A stretch of 63,991 nt of DNA, counting the filler, from Circinaria calcarea (taxonomy: Eukaryota): assembly GCA_051942165.1 (NCBI GenBank). It is 4 parts of 4 records of this genome, joined end to end, with 100 filler letters (N's around TTAATTAATTAA, not from the genome) between each part and the next. Parts side by side here need not be neighbours in the genome. Positions count along the whole stretch, not along the records: positions 32,983 to 49,355 come from JAVECS010000324.1; positions 49,456 to 63,991 come from JAVECS010000421.1; 2 more parts are not named here. One strand, given 5' to 3'. The notes beneath the pieces are model-generated. The model did no database searches. It was not told the DNA's origin and was given only the letters and a program-made list of their open reading frames with translations. This document shows positions 36,250 through 49,697 of the stretch, in pieces (position 1 is the first letter of the stretch; every line of letters starts with the position of its first letter). The translations under genes were made by a program, and so were the position numbers.

Positions 36250-37450
36250 ATTTGCTACTCTCTTTGGAGACGAGCTGGATCGAGACGAATCGCTGGGGTG
36301 TTTGAAGTTACGAGAAGTTTATCGATAGCCGCACGGCCCGCAGGTAGGATGTAGATTGCTGTCGATAGTGATGTTGCAGACGGAGCTGCGGTGATGTGGC
36401 GTTTGTTGGTGAGTGGTGTCGAAAGTCAAGTACGATTCCAATTCGCGAAGGAAGTCTGCCGTGCGGTCCTTGCGCAGGGAGCGCTCGCAGGCTTCAATTG
36501 GAGTGATCACAGGCGAGAGGGCTGTAGTTCAGAGCATGCTTAGAGATTCGTGGTGATCGTGAAGCTTGTGAAGCTTTTGAAGGTGTCGGGAGTTCTGATA
36601 TCTACGATTGCGGATAGAAGATGAAACGCCTGACAGAACGGGGAAGCGCGAGATCCCAAATGCGGCTCGGGAACCGTTTGATGCAACGAGGCGGTCGAGG
36701 GCACGGTGCTTACGTCGCCAATGGGGTGTTTCTCGAAGAAGTCGGTGATTATTCTAGGAGTACTCTATAAGACGGATTTACTACGGTGATGCTCCTGTTT
36801 GGGGGAGTTGGAAAAATCGGTTGAGCGTCGGTATCGTGTTGAAGTCCCTTCCCCAAACGGTCAAGCTTCTCACAGCCCATGCCATCAGGACTTCTCAAGG
36901 CGGTCTAGGTTTTCAACAAGGCGCATCTACGGGCGAATCGAAGTCCAGGGAGCTGCTTTAAGGCTACAGGACTATAAATACCATGACAAGTACCGAGAAA
37001 TGCTTCAAGGCTTAATGTTGGTATTTCCGTTCCCTGGCAAGAAGAGAATTCAATTGATTATGGATGGGTTGGGGAAAGCTACATCGCGGCATTTAGCAAC
37101 GGCTCATTTCAGTAGGGCAACAGCATGAACGTTCTTGTGGTGGATTGTGGAAATTGGTACGGGTCAGGGTCAAGCCCATAACGGCCGACGGGCGACAAAC
37201 GTTGAGGAAAACCGTACCACAGAGGAGGCTTGCCCTTCCTTCGGCAAGGATTATTCGGCGAGGTATATTATCTATATCATCTGGCTATCTCGCTGTTGAT
37301 TCGAAACATCTACTAGATCGATTATTTAGAGTGCTGTCGATGATAGGTATGTATAGATGGATATATATGAACATATTTGCTAAAATCTCAAATTATTATC
37401 TTCCGGCCAAAAAGGCGGAATGGTGGGAGCGCAATCTCTTTTGCTTCTGT

Positions 37451-39502
37451 TTAGATTCTCTCGTTATCTTGAATCTCGGGGACCCGTGCGATAGGCTCGT
37501 TATGGTGGCTGTCGCCAATTACCTTACCTTTGACCTTCTGATCAATCTATAGGGAACTTTCAGCAAGCCAGAACAATAAGGTAAGGGCGTTGTGCTTACC
37601 TGGTCGAGCTTGTAATTTCTCATTAGTAAGCTCAACGGGATGAGAGGGATCGCTAGGCATACGGAAATGATGAGTAAGATGTTCATCGTCTCCTGGTACG
37701 CTCTGTTGATCGCAATCCTTTCCGGACTCTCCATAGCAAACGACAGTTGCAAGGTTAGGTTGCCGAAAATGCTGGCCGCTTCTGGCTGGGAGCTTGCTGG
37801 CAGGTATAACCCAAGCTTCTTTGGTAGGTTCGCGGTCCAGACGGCTCCTGAAATCGCAGAACCAACAGCACCGCCAATTTCAACGATTGTCAAGAAAATG
37901 GCAGTCACCGCAGCGACATCCCCGTGGCTAACCGACGCCTGTACTCCTAACTGGGCTGGCACGTTGAGCATGCCTCCTCCAATCCCGACGGCAATCTGAG
38001 TGCCGACGATTTGAGAGATCGAACTACCCTGGGCCCGATACCGAATCATAAGTCCAACACCCATCAGATAGATGGCGGCTCCTGCGGTAATGTAGTACTT
38101 GTAGTGCTTGGTGTACTTGATGATCAAGGATATACCTATAGAAGCGACCGTGGAGGTGAAGGAAAAAGTCTGAGTGATATGGCCGGCGGCGGTGATGGAG
38201 TTGCCTTGAACCACTTGAAGATAGGAGTAAAAGTATGGTTGGAGGGAGGTATAAAAGACGGCTACAACCCATTAGGATCCGAGAATGTTAACCTTCATAG
38301 TGGATTTGCTCACCGAAATAGAAAAAGCCGATAGCACACCCAGCAAGTACAGTCCGATTCGTGAGGAGTCGTAAGGAGAGAAATGGCCTTGGCGCTAATT
38401 TGCTGCTCGCCTCCCACAACGGGAAAATTACCAAGCAGACACAGCCGATTACGATCATAGCGATCATACTGGCATTTTTCCATCCACCCTTGGCCCGTGC
38501 CGCCAAAGTTAGAGGAAGCAATATCAATGAGATGGCGGCAGAGAGCAAAAGCAGCCCGAAAATGTCAAGCTCGAACCAGAGGTTCTTAGCTCCTTTGCCG
38601 ACACTCACACCGGCCCACGGAGAGGGTGGCAGAAGATGAAGCTTGGATGCCTTCCTCAGATTCAGGAAGAGGGCCAGTGCTAACGGTAGAAAAGCTACCG
38701 GGAGCACAATGGCCCAGAGCCCATATCCCCAGCGCCACGTCGTACGGCTAAGAAGATTCTCGGCAATTGGAGCTCCAATCCATACGGTGATCAAGAAGGG
38801 GATGTCAGGGAGTGTTGAGAACAAGGCCCGGTTCAGGAGGTCGGTTGTGTCCGCGACGAAGATTTGTTGAAGGATTTGCAGTCCCGTCGATCCGGCCGAA
38901 TAGAAGATCTGGGCGGCTGCGAAGGTCCTGACGTTATTGGACCCTGCCTGCTGGACGTATCCAATAACATAGATGAAGATGCTCAAAGTAAAGGCTTCGA
39001 GTCGACCAAAGGCATTGGCGATCTTTGCCATTGGAGGTTTAATGACAGCTACAGACGTTAACCATTCAGGTTTGTTCGAGCTCTCCACCACCTCTTACCA
39101 TTGACCATATTCTGCACCACATATACAGTCGCTACTAGGGAATGCTGCACGAATGCACTTGTTGCATAAACCGTGAGGTTGACCGTCGTTTGTTGTTCGA
39201 GGGACGTACAGAATGCCAAAAGAAATATGCTAAACAGCCTTAGCCCGATTTCGAGCCATAAGGGGTTTGTAGTAAGATGAATAGATTTGGCCGAATAAGA
39301 AGATAATAACATTATATGCCACTCACCCCAAGTATGCGGATATCAAAGACCACTTTGTCCATGTCTGACTGATTGCTTCAATGTTCTTAACTCCGGTTTG
39401 GGTGTTGTTCGAGTCGAACGAAGACCGATCATCGTCATGAGTATGGATATAAGGTTGATGCTTATCGTGCATCATTTGTGCTGAGACCTCGGCATCGGCC
39501 AT
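37451..39502 (-). CDS. mirC: MFS siderophore-iron transporter (SIT family, MirC-like)
   Basis: Five exons. GVKNIEAISQTWTKWSL, AFVQHSLVATV, VIKPPMAKIANAFGRLE, AQIFYSAGSTGLQILQQIFVADT, WRWGYG and IGGAVGSAISGAVW match the MirC subfamily as recalled. Confidence 0.88.
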
Positions 39503-39608
39503 ATTATCTCTTGTATGATCAGATGTTGGCACTGTTGCAATGCTACCTATTTCAACGTGGTCGTGGGAGTAAATAGATGAATCTCACACCTTGTTCAAAT
39601 GATATACA

Positions 39609-39816
39609 ATCAGATAAAACAACGCAGGTTTGGAGGATCTGATAAGGAGTAGACACTGTCGAGCTAGAGTGCGACTTCGGAGGATTCTTACTCGAAATGA
39701 TCTACCGCTCTTGGTTTGCGAAGCCAATTCTACCACTACTTTGGTTAACCTCCTTACTAAAACAGCCCATTACGGCATAGTAGAGAGTTACTGTTACGTT
39801 TTTCCCGTTATCAGAT
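39609..39816. promoter_or_regulatory. Three SreA-type iron-repression elements (ATCWGATAA)
   Basis: ATCAGATAA at 39609-39617, ATCTGATAA at 39637-39645 and TTATCAGAT (reverse) at 39808-39816, about 110-310 bp upstream of the siderophore transporter ATG. Confidence 0.8.
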
Positions 39817-40849
39817 CAAACGATACGTGCGCAGATGACTTCTGGATACCTAGCGTAGAGCTTGTGGAGGGATGCCATGTGCCATCTGCGGCCCCACGCT
39901 TACCTTGCATAATGCGTAAGGAAGTAATAGGATCCTGGGTTTATATGTTCCTGCCTAGGTAAATATAGGACTATTCCTTGATGGTCTGTTATTACCTCTT
40001 TTCTCCAAAACGACCTGAGATTGATGAGATATTGTCAAGATACGAGGTCTGCCCCCGAACGTTACTGACTGTCCAGTCTTTCCAACTCATGTTTGAAGAG
40101 GCTCAGAACATCTGGTACGATGCGGACTATCATTGCGGCGCTGTTTGATTGAATACATTACCCTTCCCTCGAGGATTCCAAAACTCGAAAGGTTAGCTGT
40201 TGCAACTGTTCCATTTGCACCGAGAACGGGTATCTCTTTATATACGCGGAGCGTCAAGATGTTGTCTGAACTCAAGTGCTTCGATCATTTCAAGTCCTAT
40301 CAATGCGCTACCAAGGCCAAGGAGCATCTCTTTTGCCCAACATGCAGCTCTTCCTAAACCGATAGACTTCAATGGGACCGACAAATCTGGAGATTACCTG
40401 GTTACTAACGTAGGTCGCTGCCAGCAATTTCGAAATATCTGAAGCTGTTTCTGATTTCACAAGGCTCGTATGATTTGTGACATCAACCCGGAGAAGTTGA
40501 GCCTTTAGCATTCGGATTGCAAGAGTGTTGGAGAGCCCTACGGTGTATAATGTGAGGTTGTAGTATGGGAGGCTGGGATGGCTGTGATAAGACGTATTTA
40601 GAAATTGCTTTCTTTGCTTCGGTAATATTCGCGTCCATGCTAGGGGATGCACAGAAACCCTAACCCTAAAAGTTCTTCTTCCTTCGTACTTCTTGTGACT
40701 TCAAAGTGCCTTGACACAAATCTTATGGTGATTCGAAACTCTGCATGACCCAACCATAACTTCTCAACCGCCATCATACTCTTTTTGACCTACAAAGCTT
40801 CTTAACTCCTCAACCAAGATATTAACTTCTACCACACAATCACAACATC

Positions 40850-41218
40850 ATGTCCTGGAGAAGATCTTCACCAGTACCGTCGGTCTTGATCCTTCGGTCT
40901 CGCGTGCTCCACGACATCCTCTACGCCATTGAAGACACTGTCAGGTACCTCTACATCCGCGAAGCCCAAATCTACACCCTGTATGCACGCAGCAGCGAGC
41001 AGCTCCACAGAACCCACGAAATCCTCACAGAGGCCGAGGCAGTTCCACCCTCCTCGAGGGCTGCGTGCGCCGATATCATCCACCGAGCTCAAATGCTGGC
41101 GGAGGAAACCCGTGACGCAATGAGACTATTGGCAATCGAGTTGGGGGATATTTTCGTTGGGAGAAGAACGCTGGAGCAAGTGGTATGTTATCGGGATGAT
41201 GACCGCGAGCTAGACTGA
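40850..41218 (+). CDS. Small orphan alpha-helical hypothetical protein (122 aa)
   Basis: ATG in typical fungal context (CACAACATCATG) after a CA/CT-rich leader, C-rich codon usage and a GT-rich downstream region. No recognised domain. Confidence 0.45.
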   Translation: MSWRRSSPVPSVLILRSRVLHDILYAIEDTVRYLYIREAQIYTLYARSSEQLHRTHEILTEAEAVPPSSRAACADIIHRAQMLAEETRDAMRLLAIELGDIFVGRRTLEQVVCYRDDDRELD

Positions 41219-42845
41219 CAGGGCTCAGTTACCACGCTTGGAGAGGATGATGCCGTTGGGGGAAGACCGTTTTTAGAGGAATCGGTTGTCTGGGATTTCT
41301 TATACTAGGGGTTAGTTGGCTGAGACGATAAGATGGTTTTATGTGCATATGAATGATACGAAACTCTTAGGAAGATACTTTGGGGTTATGGGTGATGAAT
41401 TACAGTAGAACGTTGATGTTCACAATGATGATGGCGGGCAGACAGCCCTATATAGTGATGACCCTGCTATCCTTAGCGAGCTGTGGCTTGACCGCAGCTA
41501 AAAATAAGCATCATCAGAAACAAGCGAAATGCGTTACTGCAGGGAGCCGACGAAATGCCGGATGCTAGTGCAGGAACAATCTTAAAAATGATGAAAGACT
41601 CCAAAAGTAGATTAGGCCGGAGAGGACTTTGACTTGAATCTAGATGCATCATGTATTAGTAGGTATGCTTGTGCGTATTATTGTAGGTCCGAGATCAATT
41701 GTCCGGGGATGACGACTTTTGGATGGCTGTCGTGGAGATGGAACTTGTTCTATCAATACTAAGATAGGAGAGAGTAACGTGGTCTCAACAACCCCCTGTT
41801 CTGTCATGTACGTTTTAGAGGTAAAGCCCACAACAGAGGGGTCCATGTTCGCATCAGGTCCAGCAACTGATGCAATAGTCTGCAGCTGCATAGCGCAGCA
41901 GAGGAGGGCTAAGGTTAGTTATGGGTATCATAAATGCAGGACACAAGGAGGAGGAAGAGAGTTCAGCCACATCTGGGAAGTCGTCGAGGGCTGCCATTGG
42001 CGCATCTCCCCCATGCAGGATCGGGCTTAGCGCCAATCTACCGCCGGCCCGCTTCATTTCGCGGTTTTCTCCTGTCGCCCAAAAAAGATTTCATGCTCCC
42101 CCCAGGGCCAATGGTCCATCCCCAATCACATAGCCACATCTTGGGCATTCATTATTTCCTTCCTCATTACTCACCACATTTTTACTCTCTTTGCAGCGTG
42201 GTCACTCCTTCGCCCTCGTGCGTCCCCTACATAGTTTCTCCTTGACATTGTCATAATAGTAGTATCTTACCCTCCCTTGTCAGCCTACACATCTTTATGG
42301 TCCTTTGTTCAGCTCCGCTCACTGTCTATCCGACATTCCAACCCTTCCGCTCCGCCGAAAGCAGCCATCCACCAACAACTACAAAGCCGTTAATCATTCC
42401 AATACCGCAGTGGCGAAACCATCCTCTTCTAATAAGCGTGGCGGTTCTTGAAGAGTGCATCTCTGTTCCTTGTACTCTTCTTGCGCTTCTAGACGCATTC
42501 CAGCATAGCTTCTGCAAGCCTTTTTAATTGCTTTCTTAGCAAGGCATTGCGCTATTACCGTATGTACTTAAGGCTGATCTCTGTGTGCAATGGCTTCACA
42601 AGGGCTGATGGTGCGTGAATGGCAGGCCTTCGAAGTCGCCATAACTGTATACTAGCAGTCTTCGAATCTCCTTACATCAGGCAAAAGCTTGAAGCTGTTT
42701 GAGACAATCCAAATCAGTGTTTTACCATTATACTTCAGACCTATAAACGTCCGGAGATTGGACATCCGGATCATCTTTATTCGTCACGGCTGCAATAGCT
42801 TCAAACCCAACGGACGGCTTTGTCCTACTACCTCATCTGCTGGGG

Positions 42846-45437
42846 ATGCAAAATCAAGAGTTAAAGATGAACTCATCCATTTCTGGCACAGGACGATTCC
42901 CTTCTTTCTCCCGTCCATCGAACGTGAACAGCGACTATACTGGGTTTTCGCACGGCGCATTTACTTCAAATCAGCACTCCGTGGGAGGATACGGCGATCG
43001 TCATCCACGCCGGGCAAATCTTCCGTCCCTCAATAGTGCAGCCTTTGGCCAGAATACCCAACAGAGCATTGGGGAAATGACACCTGGCACGGCTTTCGAT
43101 ATGAACTTTACGCCCCTTTTACCTTCTCAACTGCTATTAGGTAGTCCGTTTCAGCCCGGGAGTCCGTCAAATTATTCATCGCCTCAGTTTGCTAATTTTG
43201 GTGGATTCGCACAGCAAAATGGAGCGACTTCTCAGCAAAACCAGCAGAATTACATGACTAGCCCTTTACAGAATCAGCAACAGCCTCTTTCTCCACAGCT
43301 CTATCAGACTATGGGTTCCCCAACTGGTTTTGGCGGGCAGCAATATCTTAGCGGTCCACAGTCACCTACATTCAACAATATGGCGGGTCAATCTCTCGGA
43401 GGTATGGGTAGCGCCATGCAAATGACTCCAGGTTTGGTTCATGGGACTAGCAGGACTGTCTACTTGGGAAACATTCCACCCGAGACGTCAGCAGAAGAAA
43501 TTCTAGGACACGTCAGAAGTGGCCAGATCGAGAGTGTTCGACTGCTACCAGATAAGAATTGCGCTTTTATTTCCTTCCTTGATGGTAGCTCAGCCACACA
43601 CTTTCACTCAGATGCAATTTTAAAGAAGCTCTCCATCCGTGGGCAAGATATCAAGATAGGATGGGGAAAGCCTTCGCAGGTTCCAACCTCCACTGCGCTT
43701 GCCGTCCAACAGTCTGGTGCATCGCGCAATGTGTACTTGGGGAACTTGCCGGAAGACGTCACGGAAGCAGAAATTCGTGAGGATCTTGGCAAATTTGGTC
43801 CTATTGATACGGTGAAGATTGTTCGTGAGAAGTCCATTGGCTTCGTCCATTTTCTTTCAATCGGTAATGCCATCAAAGCTGTCTCCCAATTGCCCCAAGA
43901 ACCCAAGTGGCAGGCACCTCGTCGCGTCTATTACGGAAAAGACAGATGCGCATACGTTTCCAAGACGCAACAGCAGAACGCGGCTCAGTATCTCGGAATC
44001 GCTCCCGGATATGCCCATGTGCTCAATGGTGCGGACAAGGACTTGATTTCGAGTGCACTTGCTCAACAGTCAATGGCTGCAGCTGCCGTGGCTACTACCG
44101 CTGGTGGTGTGAGCAACCTAGGCAACCGGACTGTCTATCTTGGAAACATCCACCCGGAGACGACGATCGAGGAGATTTGCAACGTAGTTCGGGGAGGTCT
44201 TTTGCATCATATCCGTTACATTCCAGACAAGCATATTTGCTTCGTCACTTTCATTGATCCCACCTCGGCCGCTTCATTCTATGCCCTGAGTAACTTGCAG
44301 GGTCTAATGATCCACAACCGACGGCTCAAAATCGGCTGGGGAAAACACTCCGGCGCTCTTCCCCCTGCCATTGCGCTTGCCGTCAGTGGTGGAGCTTCAC
44401 GAAATGTCTACATTGGCAATCTAGATGAGTCGTGGACTGAAGAGCGTCTTCGTCAAGACTTTTCCGAGTACGGTGAGATAGAGCTGGTAAATGCGCTCCG
44501 GGAGAAGAGTTGCGCTTTTGTCAACTTCACCAACATTGCCAATGCCATTAAAGCTATCGAAGCAGTACGAGGTAGAGAGGAGTATCGTCGTTTCAAGATC
44601 AACTTCGGGAAAGACCGTTGCGGCAATCCTCCTCGACAGAACAACGCTCAACAGCAACAGCAGCAACAAAATATGACCGCTCGGGACAGCATATCACACT
44701 CTTCCATGAATAATGGGAATTTACCAAATGGTTCGTCGACGAGCCCCACAAGATCGGTCCTTTCACCTGCTCCTGGGTCGACTACTTCAACTTCCGTAAA
44801 TGGCATCCATTCGAATTACCAACCTCAGCATGGTCCTACCCCCTCTGCTATTCTCAATGCTGGTAATAACAATCCCTTGACCATGTACCTCAATCAAGTA
44901 TCCGCTCAGCAGGCCCACCAGGATCAACAAGACCAAGATGTGAGGCATCCTGATCCCTATTCCGTCGCCGCTCTCCAACAGCAGCAACAGTCTGTTCTCG
45001 CGGCCCAACAAGCCGCCCTTTATGGTACTACCAACGGAACTGGTGGTGACCTTTTCAATGGTTCTACACTCGAGCTTTCACAGCCCGGGCACAGTAATTC
45101 ATATAGTCAAGGCCTCAACGGCTTCTCGCTTAGTACAGCTACAACAATCGGCGGTCTACTGGCTCCGATGAACGCTCGAAGCCAACATGCTAGAGCTGTC
45201 AGTTTGCCGGCCCTTTCGCAAGAGGCTTTTGGAAATGGACAAGGCCAGCAGGCGCAAGGCCATGTACAACAGCAGCCAAACAGCTTACAAGCACCCAGCT
45301 CGCATAGGCAGCAACAGAATAGCTTTTCCGGTATGAGCTCTGGGTTTGGAGGGTTTGGCAGTGCGGGCTTTGGATTGGCGATTGATGGCTCTACCGGAAG
45401 AGGGGGATTGAATGGTTGGGCAGAGGAAAGTACTTGA
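42846..45437 (+). CDS. MRN1: Four-RRM RNA-binding protein (S. pombe Nrd1 / S. cerevisiae Mrn1 family)
   Basis: Four RRMs ([36 protein letters not shown]) with IKIGWGK and FGKDRC ends, flanked by Q/N/S-rich low-complexity regions. Confidence 0.9.
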   Translation: MQNQELKMNSSISGTGRFPSFSRPSNVNSDYTGFSHGAFTSNQHSVGGYGDRHPRRANLPSLNSAAFGQNTQQSIGEMTPGTAFDMNFTPLLPSQLLLGSPFQPGSPSNYSSPQFANFGGFAQQNGATSQQNQQNYMTSPLQNQQQPLSPQLYQTMGSPTGFGGQQYLSGPQSPTFNNMAGQSLGGMGSAMQMTPGLVHGTSRTVYLGNIPPETSAEEILGHVRSGQIESVRLLPDKNCAFISFLDGSSATHFHSDAILKKLSIRGQDIKIGWGKPSQVPTSTALAVQQSGASRNVYLGNLPEDVTEAEIREDLGKFGPIDTVKIVREKSIGFVHFLSIGNAIKAVSQLPQEPKWQAPRRVYYGKDRCAYVSKTQQQNAAQYLGIAPGYAHVLNGADKDLISSALAQQSMAAAAVATTAGGVSNLGNRTVYLGNIHPETTIEEICNVVRGGLLHHIRYIPDKHICFVTFIDPTSAASFYALSNLQGLMIHNRRLKIGWGKHSGALPPAIALAVSGGASRNVYIGNLDESWTEERLRQDFSEYGEIELVNALREKSCAFVNFTNIANAIKAIEAVRGREEYRRFKINFGKDRCGNPPRQNNAQQQQQQQNMTARDSISHSSMNNGNLPNGSSTSPTRSVLSPAPGSTTSTSVNGIHSNYQPQHGPTPSAILNAGNNNPLTMYLNQVSAQQAHQDQQDQDVRHPDPYSVAALQQQQQSVLAAQQAALYGTTNGTGGDLFNGSTLELSQPGHSNSYSQGLNGFSLSTATTIGGLLAPMNARSQHARAVSLPALSQEAFGNGQGQQAQGHVQQQPNSLQAPSSHRQQQNSFSGMSSGFGGFGSAGFGLAIDGSTGRGGLNGWAEEST

Positions 45438-46482
45438 TCCAGAGTGGCTCACTACCGGGCTCTCTCTCTGGTTAATTCTGTGCATATACGTTTTCTTTCT
45501 AGACTTCTGGTATGGGTGGCTTTTCTCGGGTTGGGATATCATCTCTCTCTTGTTTAATGTATGTGCATTTGTACTTGTACCTGGAGTGGATAAGCCAGAC
45601 GGCTTTACCCATCGATCTAATAGCGAGTCTAACTCTCAATTTAATCGTGTATGTTTTCTTGTGGGGTATTTTCCTTGCTTTCAGTCATCCACGTATAGTC
45701 ATGGAGTATAATTGTGTTCTCCTTTACCATAGCTCATGGAAATACGGGGCAGATGGCTGGTACCTCAGGGAACCAGGAGAGGAGGAAGGCCATGGAGACC
45801 TTTTAAAAGGAAAGCAGAATGGAGACTCTCACCCTCTCCTTCCGACTAGACTGAATTTAGGATAGAAACTTTAGATGTTAGATCTTTCAACCAATACTAT
45901 TAGCCTCTAGCACATTTCCAAAGCTGATGATCTTCGTCGTATAGACCATTTAAGGTATGGACCGTTAAAAGCCTCAAGGCAATAAAAAGAGGTAGGCTAA
46001 GCCAATGTGAGCTAGCTTACCCTAGTTCCGAAGTTAAGCATTGCGCCGTTGATTAGTCATCGGATGTCTGAAAGCAGAGACAGTTTTCCACACGCGTTTG
46101 CGAGCACAAGAGAAATTGCCAATAGCAGAAGGTCATCTAATCTGCATCGATGCTCCAGTGCTCCCAGATAGCCGTCGTACTGTAGGCTCCGATCCCGCCT
46201 GCGTTACTATGAGTCATGTCCTCATAGATGAGTCTATTGAGACTGCTAGGAGTCCAGCAGAGATTTTCTGATCCGATCGACATGCGCCTCCTTCCTGAAT
46301 TGAGACAGGTTGGTGAAGGCAAGCGCAACAATACATCTCCATCCAGCTCCCACCCGCACATCTTACCTTGGTAGCTCTCTGGCCTGGAAGATCCCTCCCC
46401 CAATGCTCGACGGGGTCGCTGCGGGTTTGCTTCTCGATTTCCTTGCGCCAAGGGACCCTCTTCACTTCTTCCTCACCTCAAC

Positions 46483-47793
46483 ATGGTTGCTTCAGTGCCA
46501 GCAATACCAGGAATCAAAGCCGATGAACCTCTGGCATCACGCATGCGGCAAGAATTGGCCAATCTCATAGGCCGGGATAGTACCAGATTTCCAGGCGCAC
46601 AGCCAGTGAGCTTTGCGGCCAAGCATCTCGTCGAGCTACAAAAGGAAGACTATTACGTCTGCGAGAAATCCGATGGCATCCGCTGCCTCATGTACCTTAC
46701 GAATGATCGGGATCAAGAGATCACATACCTCATTGACCGCAAGAACGATTACTACTGGATCGAACAATCACACTTTCCTCTCCCCGAGAGCGAACAGGCC
46801 TTCCATACAGACACACTGGTGGACGGGGAACTCGTCAATGACCGTGAGCCGAACGGGGACATGCAGCTCAAATATTTGGTATTTGACTGTATGATGCTTG
46901 ACGGCAGCAGTCTGATGCATAGAACTTTGGATAAGCGGCTGGCCTACTTTCGGGACAAGGTGTACAACCCTTACAAGGCTTTGTACAACAAATATCCCCA
47001 GGAGAAGGAGCTCCTTCGGTTTCAGGTCGAGTTCAAAGTCTTCAAGTTCAGCTATGGGATCGAGGCAATGTTCAAGGATGTCTTGCCACATCTCCCCCAC
47101 GGTAACGACGGCCTGATATTTACGTGTCGGAGTACCCCGTACAAGTTTGGAACTGATGAGCACATACTGAAATGGAAGGACGCCAATGAGAATTCGATCG
47201 ACTTCATTCTGACCCTTGACTGGCCTATGATCGATCCTGATTCAGAGGATGAGCGTGAAGGGATTTCGAGCCCATATCCTGACTATTACGTCATGCCCAC
47301 ATTCAACCTTGGAGTCTCCATGGGGAATGGTCAGTACCGTCACTATGGTACCATGTTCGTGGAGCCAAAAGAATGGGAGGATCTAAAGTCTCTCAATGAA
47401 CCACTGGTTGATCGTATCGTGGAGTGTCATCAGGACGATCAGCGCCGATGGAGGTTCCTGAGGTTTAGGGATGACAAGACGGATGCAAATCACATCAGCA
47501 CCGTCGAGAGTGTCATGGAAAGCATCCAGGATAGGATCACCGAGAGTGAATTAATCGGTTATGCAAAAAGGATCAGGGACGCTTGGAAGAAACGGCAAGC
47601 ATCAGAGGAAGCCCGGATGAAGCAGGAAGCAGCTGCACGAAAAGGACTCATCACTCTACCGATGACAAATGGGCGCAATGGGTCACTTGCAGAACCGGGT
47701 TTCGGAACGAAAAGAAAGCTGGAAGAGGGTGGGAATTTGGTGGACGGAAATGAGAACGGGAGGCGGAAACTCACCCCTCAACCGGAATTGTAA
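46483..47793 (+). CDS. CEG1: mRNA capping enzyme alpha subunit (guanylyltransferase)
   Basis: FPGAQPVSF, motif I YVCEKSDG.R, LVDGEL, YLVFD, NDGLIF, LKWK..NSIDF and WRFLRFRDDK..ANH. Confidence 0.96.
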   Translation: MVASVPAIPGIKADEPLASRMRQELANLIGRDSTRFPGAQPVSFAAKHLVELQKEDYYVCEKSDGIRCLMYLTNDRDQEITYLIDRKNDYYWIEQSHFPLPESEQAFHTDTLVDGELVNDREPNGDMQLKYLVFDCMMLDGSSLMHRTLDKRLAYFRDKVYNPYKALYNKYPQEKELLRFQVEFKVFKFSYGIEAMFKDVLPHLPHGNDGLIFTCRSTPYKFGTDEHILKWKDANENSIDFILTLDWPMIDPDSEDEREGISSPYPDYYVMPTFNLGVSMGNGQYRHYGTMFVEPKEWEDLKSLNEPLVDRIVECHQDDQRRWRFLRFRDDKTDANHISTVESVMESIQDRITESELIGYAKRIRDAWKKRQASEEARMKQEAAARKGLITLPMTNGRNGSLAEPGFGTKRKLEEGGNLVDGNENGRRKLTPQPEL

Positions 47794-48752
47794 CGGTTAA
47801 ACAGCAGCAACGCAAGGCATTTCATGGCATGATGCATTACTCAGGCGTATTGGGAAGATGGGTTAAATGGATTCTGGAGATACCATTTTTGTATAAGCAA
47901 GCGGATACCAAAAAAGGAGGGATGGGATTATCGGGTCATCACACATCATTCAATAGGACTAATACGATTAGTGTTGCATTTTTCTCGAGTGTTTCCATAC
48001 CATTTCTGTGCTGTTCTCTGTCGTGCTGACTTGCAGTGCTCCTCAATTCCTGTGCCCGGGTTCCATCAACTGTTGTCGTTTCAATCTGAGCACTGAGCAG
48101 GAGCTTCCCACTGTGGCTGGCAAGACTAAACCCTTGCAAGGGTGATGCGATGGTCTTTTACTTCTCGACATACGTGTCTCGATGATGATTCGACTGTCAT
48201 AATCAGGTCACGGAATTCTTATGTGGGTTCTAGACCTTGTTTTGTTTACTTGTCGCATATGTACTGATTCACTAGACGGATTGAAGAGTTATGCAGATTG
48301 CTGTTCCTGGCTTATTATTTCGTCTTGACTGCTCACTCGATCGAGGTTCAACAAGCAAAGTTATCCGCATCAACTTGTCCAATAGCTGAATACTTCAGCG
48401 AGCGCCCTTTTCCTTTCGATGGGTTACTGGCCTGACGCCTGGGCTACTCACCTTATTAGGATCCAGTTAGCAAGGCTGATAGACTTGTCATGTCCCATTT
48501 CCCCACCAAACTGTACCGCAGCTCATGCGTCCTCTAACGCCCCTTTGGCGGTTCGCAGGCCACCAGACAAGTCTACATAACCCCGTTGACTTCCCCCTCC
48601 ATTTTTTCTCGACTTTTTGGACATTCTTAGTCTTTATTACCGCCTGCTTAGTCGACCGCCTCCTTCGATTCGCCAGCCTCGTTACACAGCGACTAGCTCA
48701 ACCTGCACGCCCCTTTAGCGTCACCAAAGCAGCGATCCTATTTCCAGATACG

Positions 48753-49355
48753 ATGGACTCTGCATGGATCAATCCCGCACTTGGCTCTCAGTCGCTTGCA
48801 TATCCTATGCAGGGCGGCGAGGCTGAGGCTGGGTGAGTTTTTTTTTTCTTCCCCCGCCGCTAATAGCTCTCTACATTAAGTAGCGGCTATCCTTGCTTGC
48901 ATCCCTGCTGCGATCTAACCTTTCCCGATGATGTCGCCTTGGGGCACCATGTTGCCACTTATCATGCACCTACCATTGGTGTTTCAGGCATCTTAAATGC
49001 CCGTGGATCAGTTTACAATCCCTTGGGCTTAGCCCTTCCTGTCTACGAACCTGCATCTTTCTCTAACTCAGTGCTATCCCTCGAAAATAATGCAACATTC
49101 CAACCCATCGCCGGCTCCGAAGATGTTATCACCTATTCCAATGCTGCTGTCTACCCCCAAGCTGGATTGAATCTTCACGATGCGCACTACAGTCCCGCCG
49201 GACATGATGACATCCTCTCTCCAACTACTCTTGGCCTCGACGCCAACCAACCAAATATCTATCCCGCTCCACTCACTTTCGCAGAGACCGAGAGCGCCTC
49301 CTCCAGCGTTCCCACCCCGCTGACCGCCCTCACCACCCCAACCCCTACCTCTACC
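48753..49355 (+). CDS. C2H2 zinc-finger protein (5' part, cut by contig end)
   Basis: ATG at 48753. Intron 48833-48883 (GTGAGT..GCTAAT..TAG) is in phase with YPCLHPCCDLTFPDDVALGHHVATYH. Confidence 0.55.
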
Positions 49356-49455
49356 NNNNNNNNNNNNNNNNNNNNNNNNNNNNNNNNNNNNNNNNNNNNT
49401 TAATTAATTAANNNNNNNNNNNNNNNNNNNNNNNNNNNNNNNNNNNNNNNNNNNN
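49356..49455. other. Artificial contig-joining linker
   Basis: 44 N + TTAATTAATTAA + 44 N. Confidence 0.98.
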
Positions 49456-49456
49456 G

Positions 49457-49594
49457 GGAGAGGAGGGGGAAGAGGGAGGAGAGGAGTGGAAGGAGTGGTG
49501 GGAGGAGGAGGAGGAAGATGAGGAGGAGGAGGACGATGGGGCGGGAAGCGAGTACCACGACGAGGACGAGGAGATGGAGGATGCCGAAGACTAA
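49457..49594 (+). CDS. Acidic C-terminal tail of a gene truncated by the contig start
   Basis: GEEGEEGGEEWKEWWEEEEEDEEEEDDGAGSEYHDEDEEMEDAED*. Confidence 0.5.
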   Translation, partial: GEEGEEGGEEWKEWWEEEEEDEEEEDDGAGSEYHDEDEEMEDAED

Positions 49595-49697
49595 GAGGGC
49601 AGGATAGGGACGCCCGGCAGTGATTAGTTTGTGGTGTACTTGTATCTTGACCATTGAAATACATTGGACAAGAAGCGAAAAAGAAAAGAAAAAAGCC

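Noticed and set aside
40655..40668. CCCTAA x2 telomere-like motif
   Set aside because: Only two units and internal; expected by chance.
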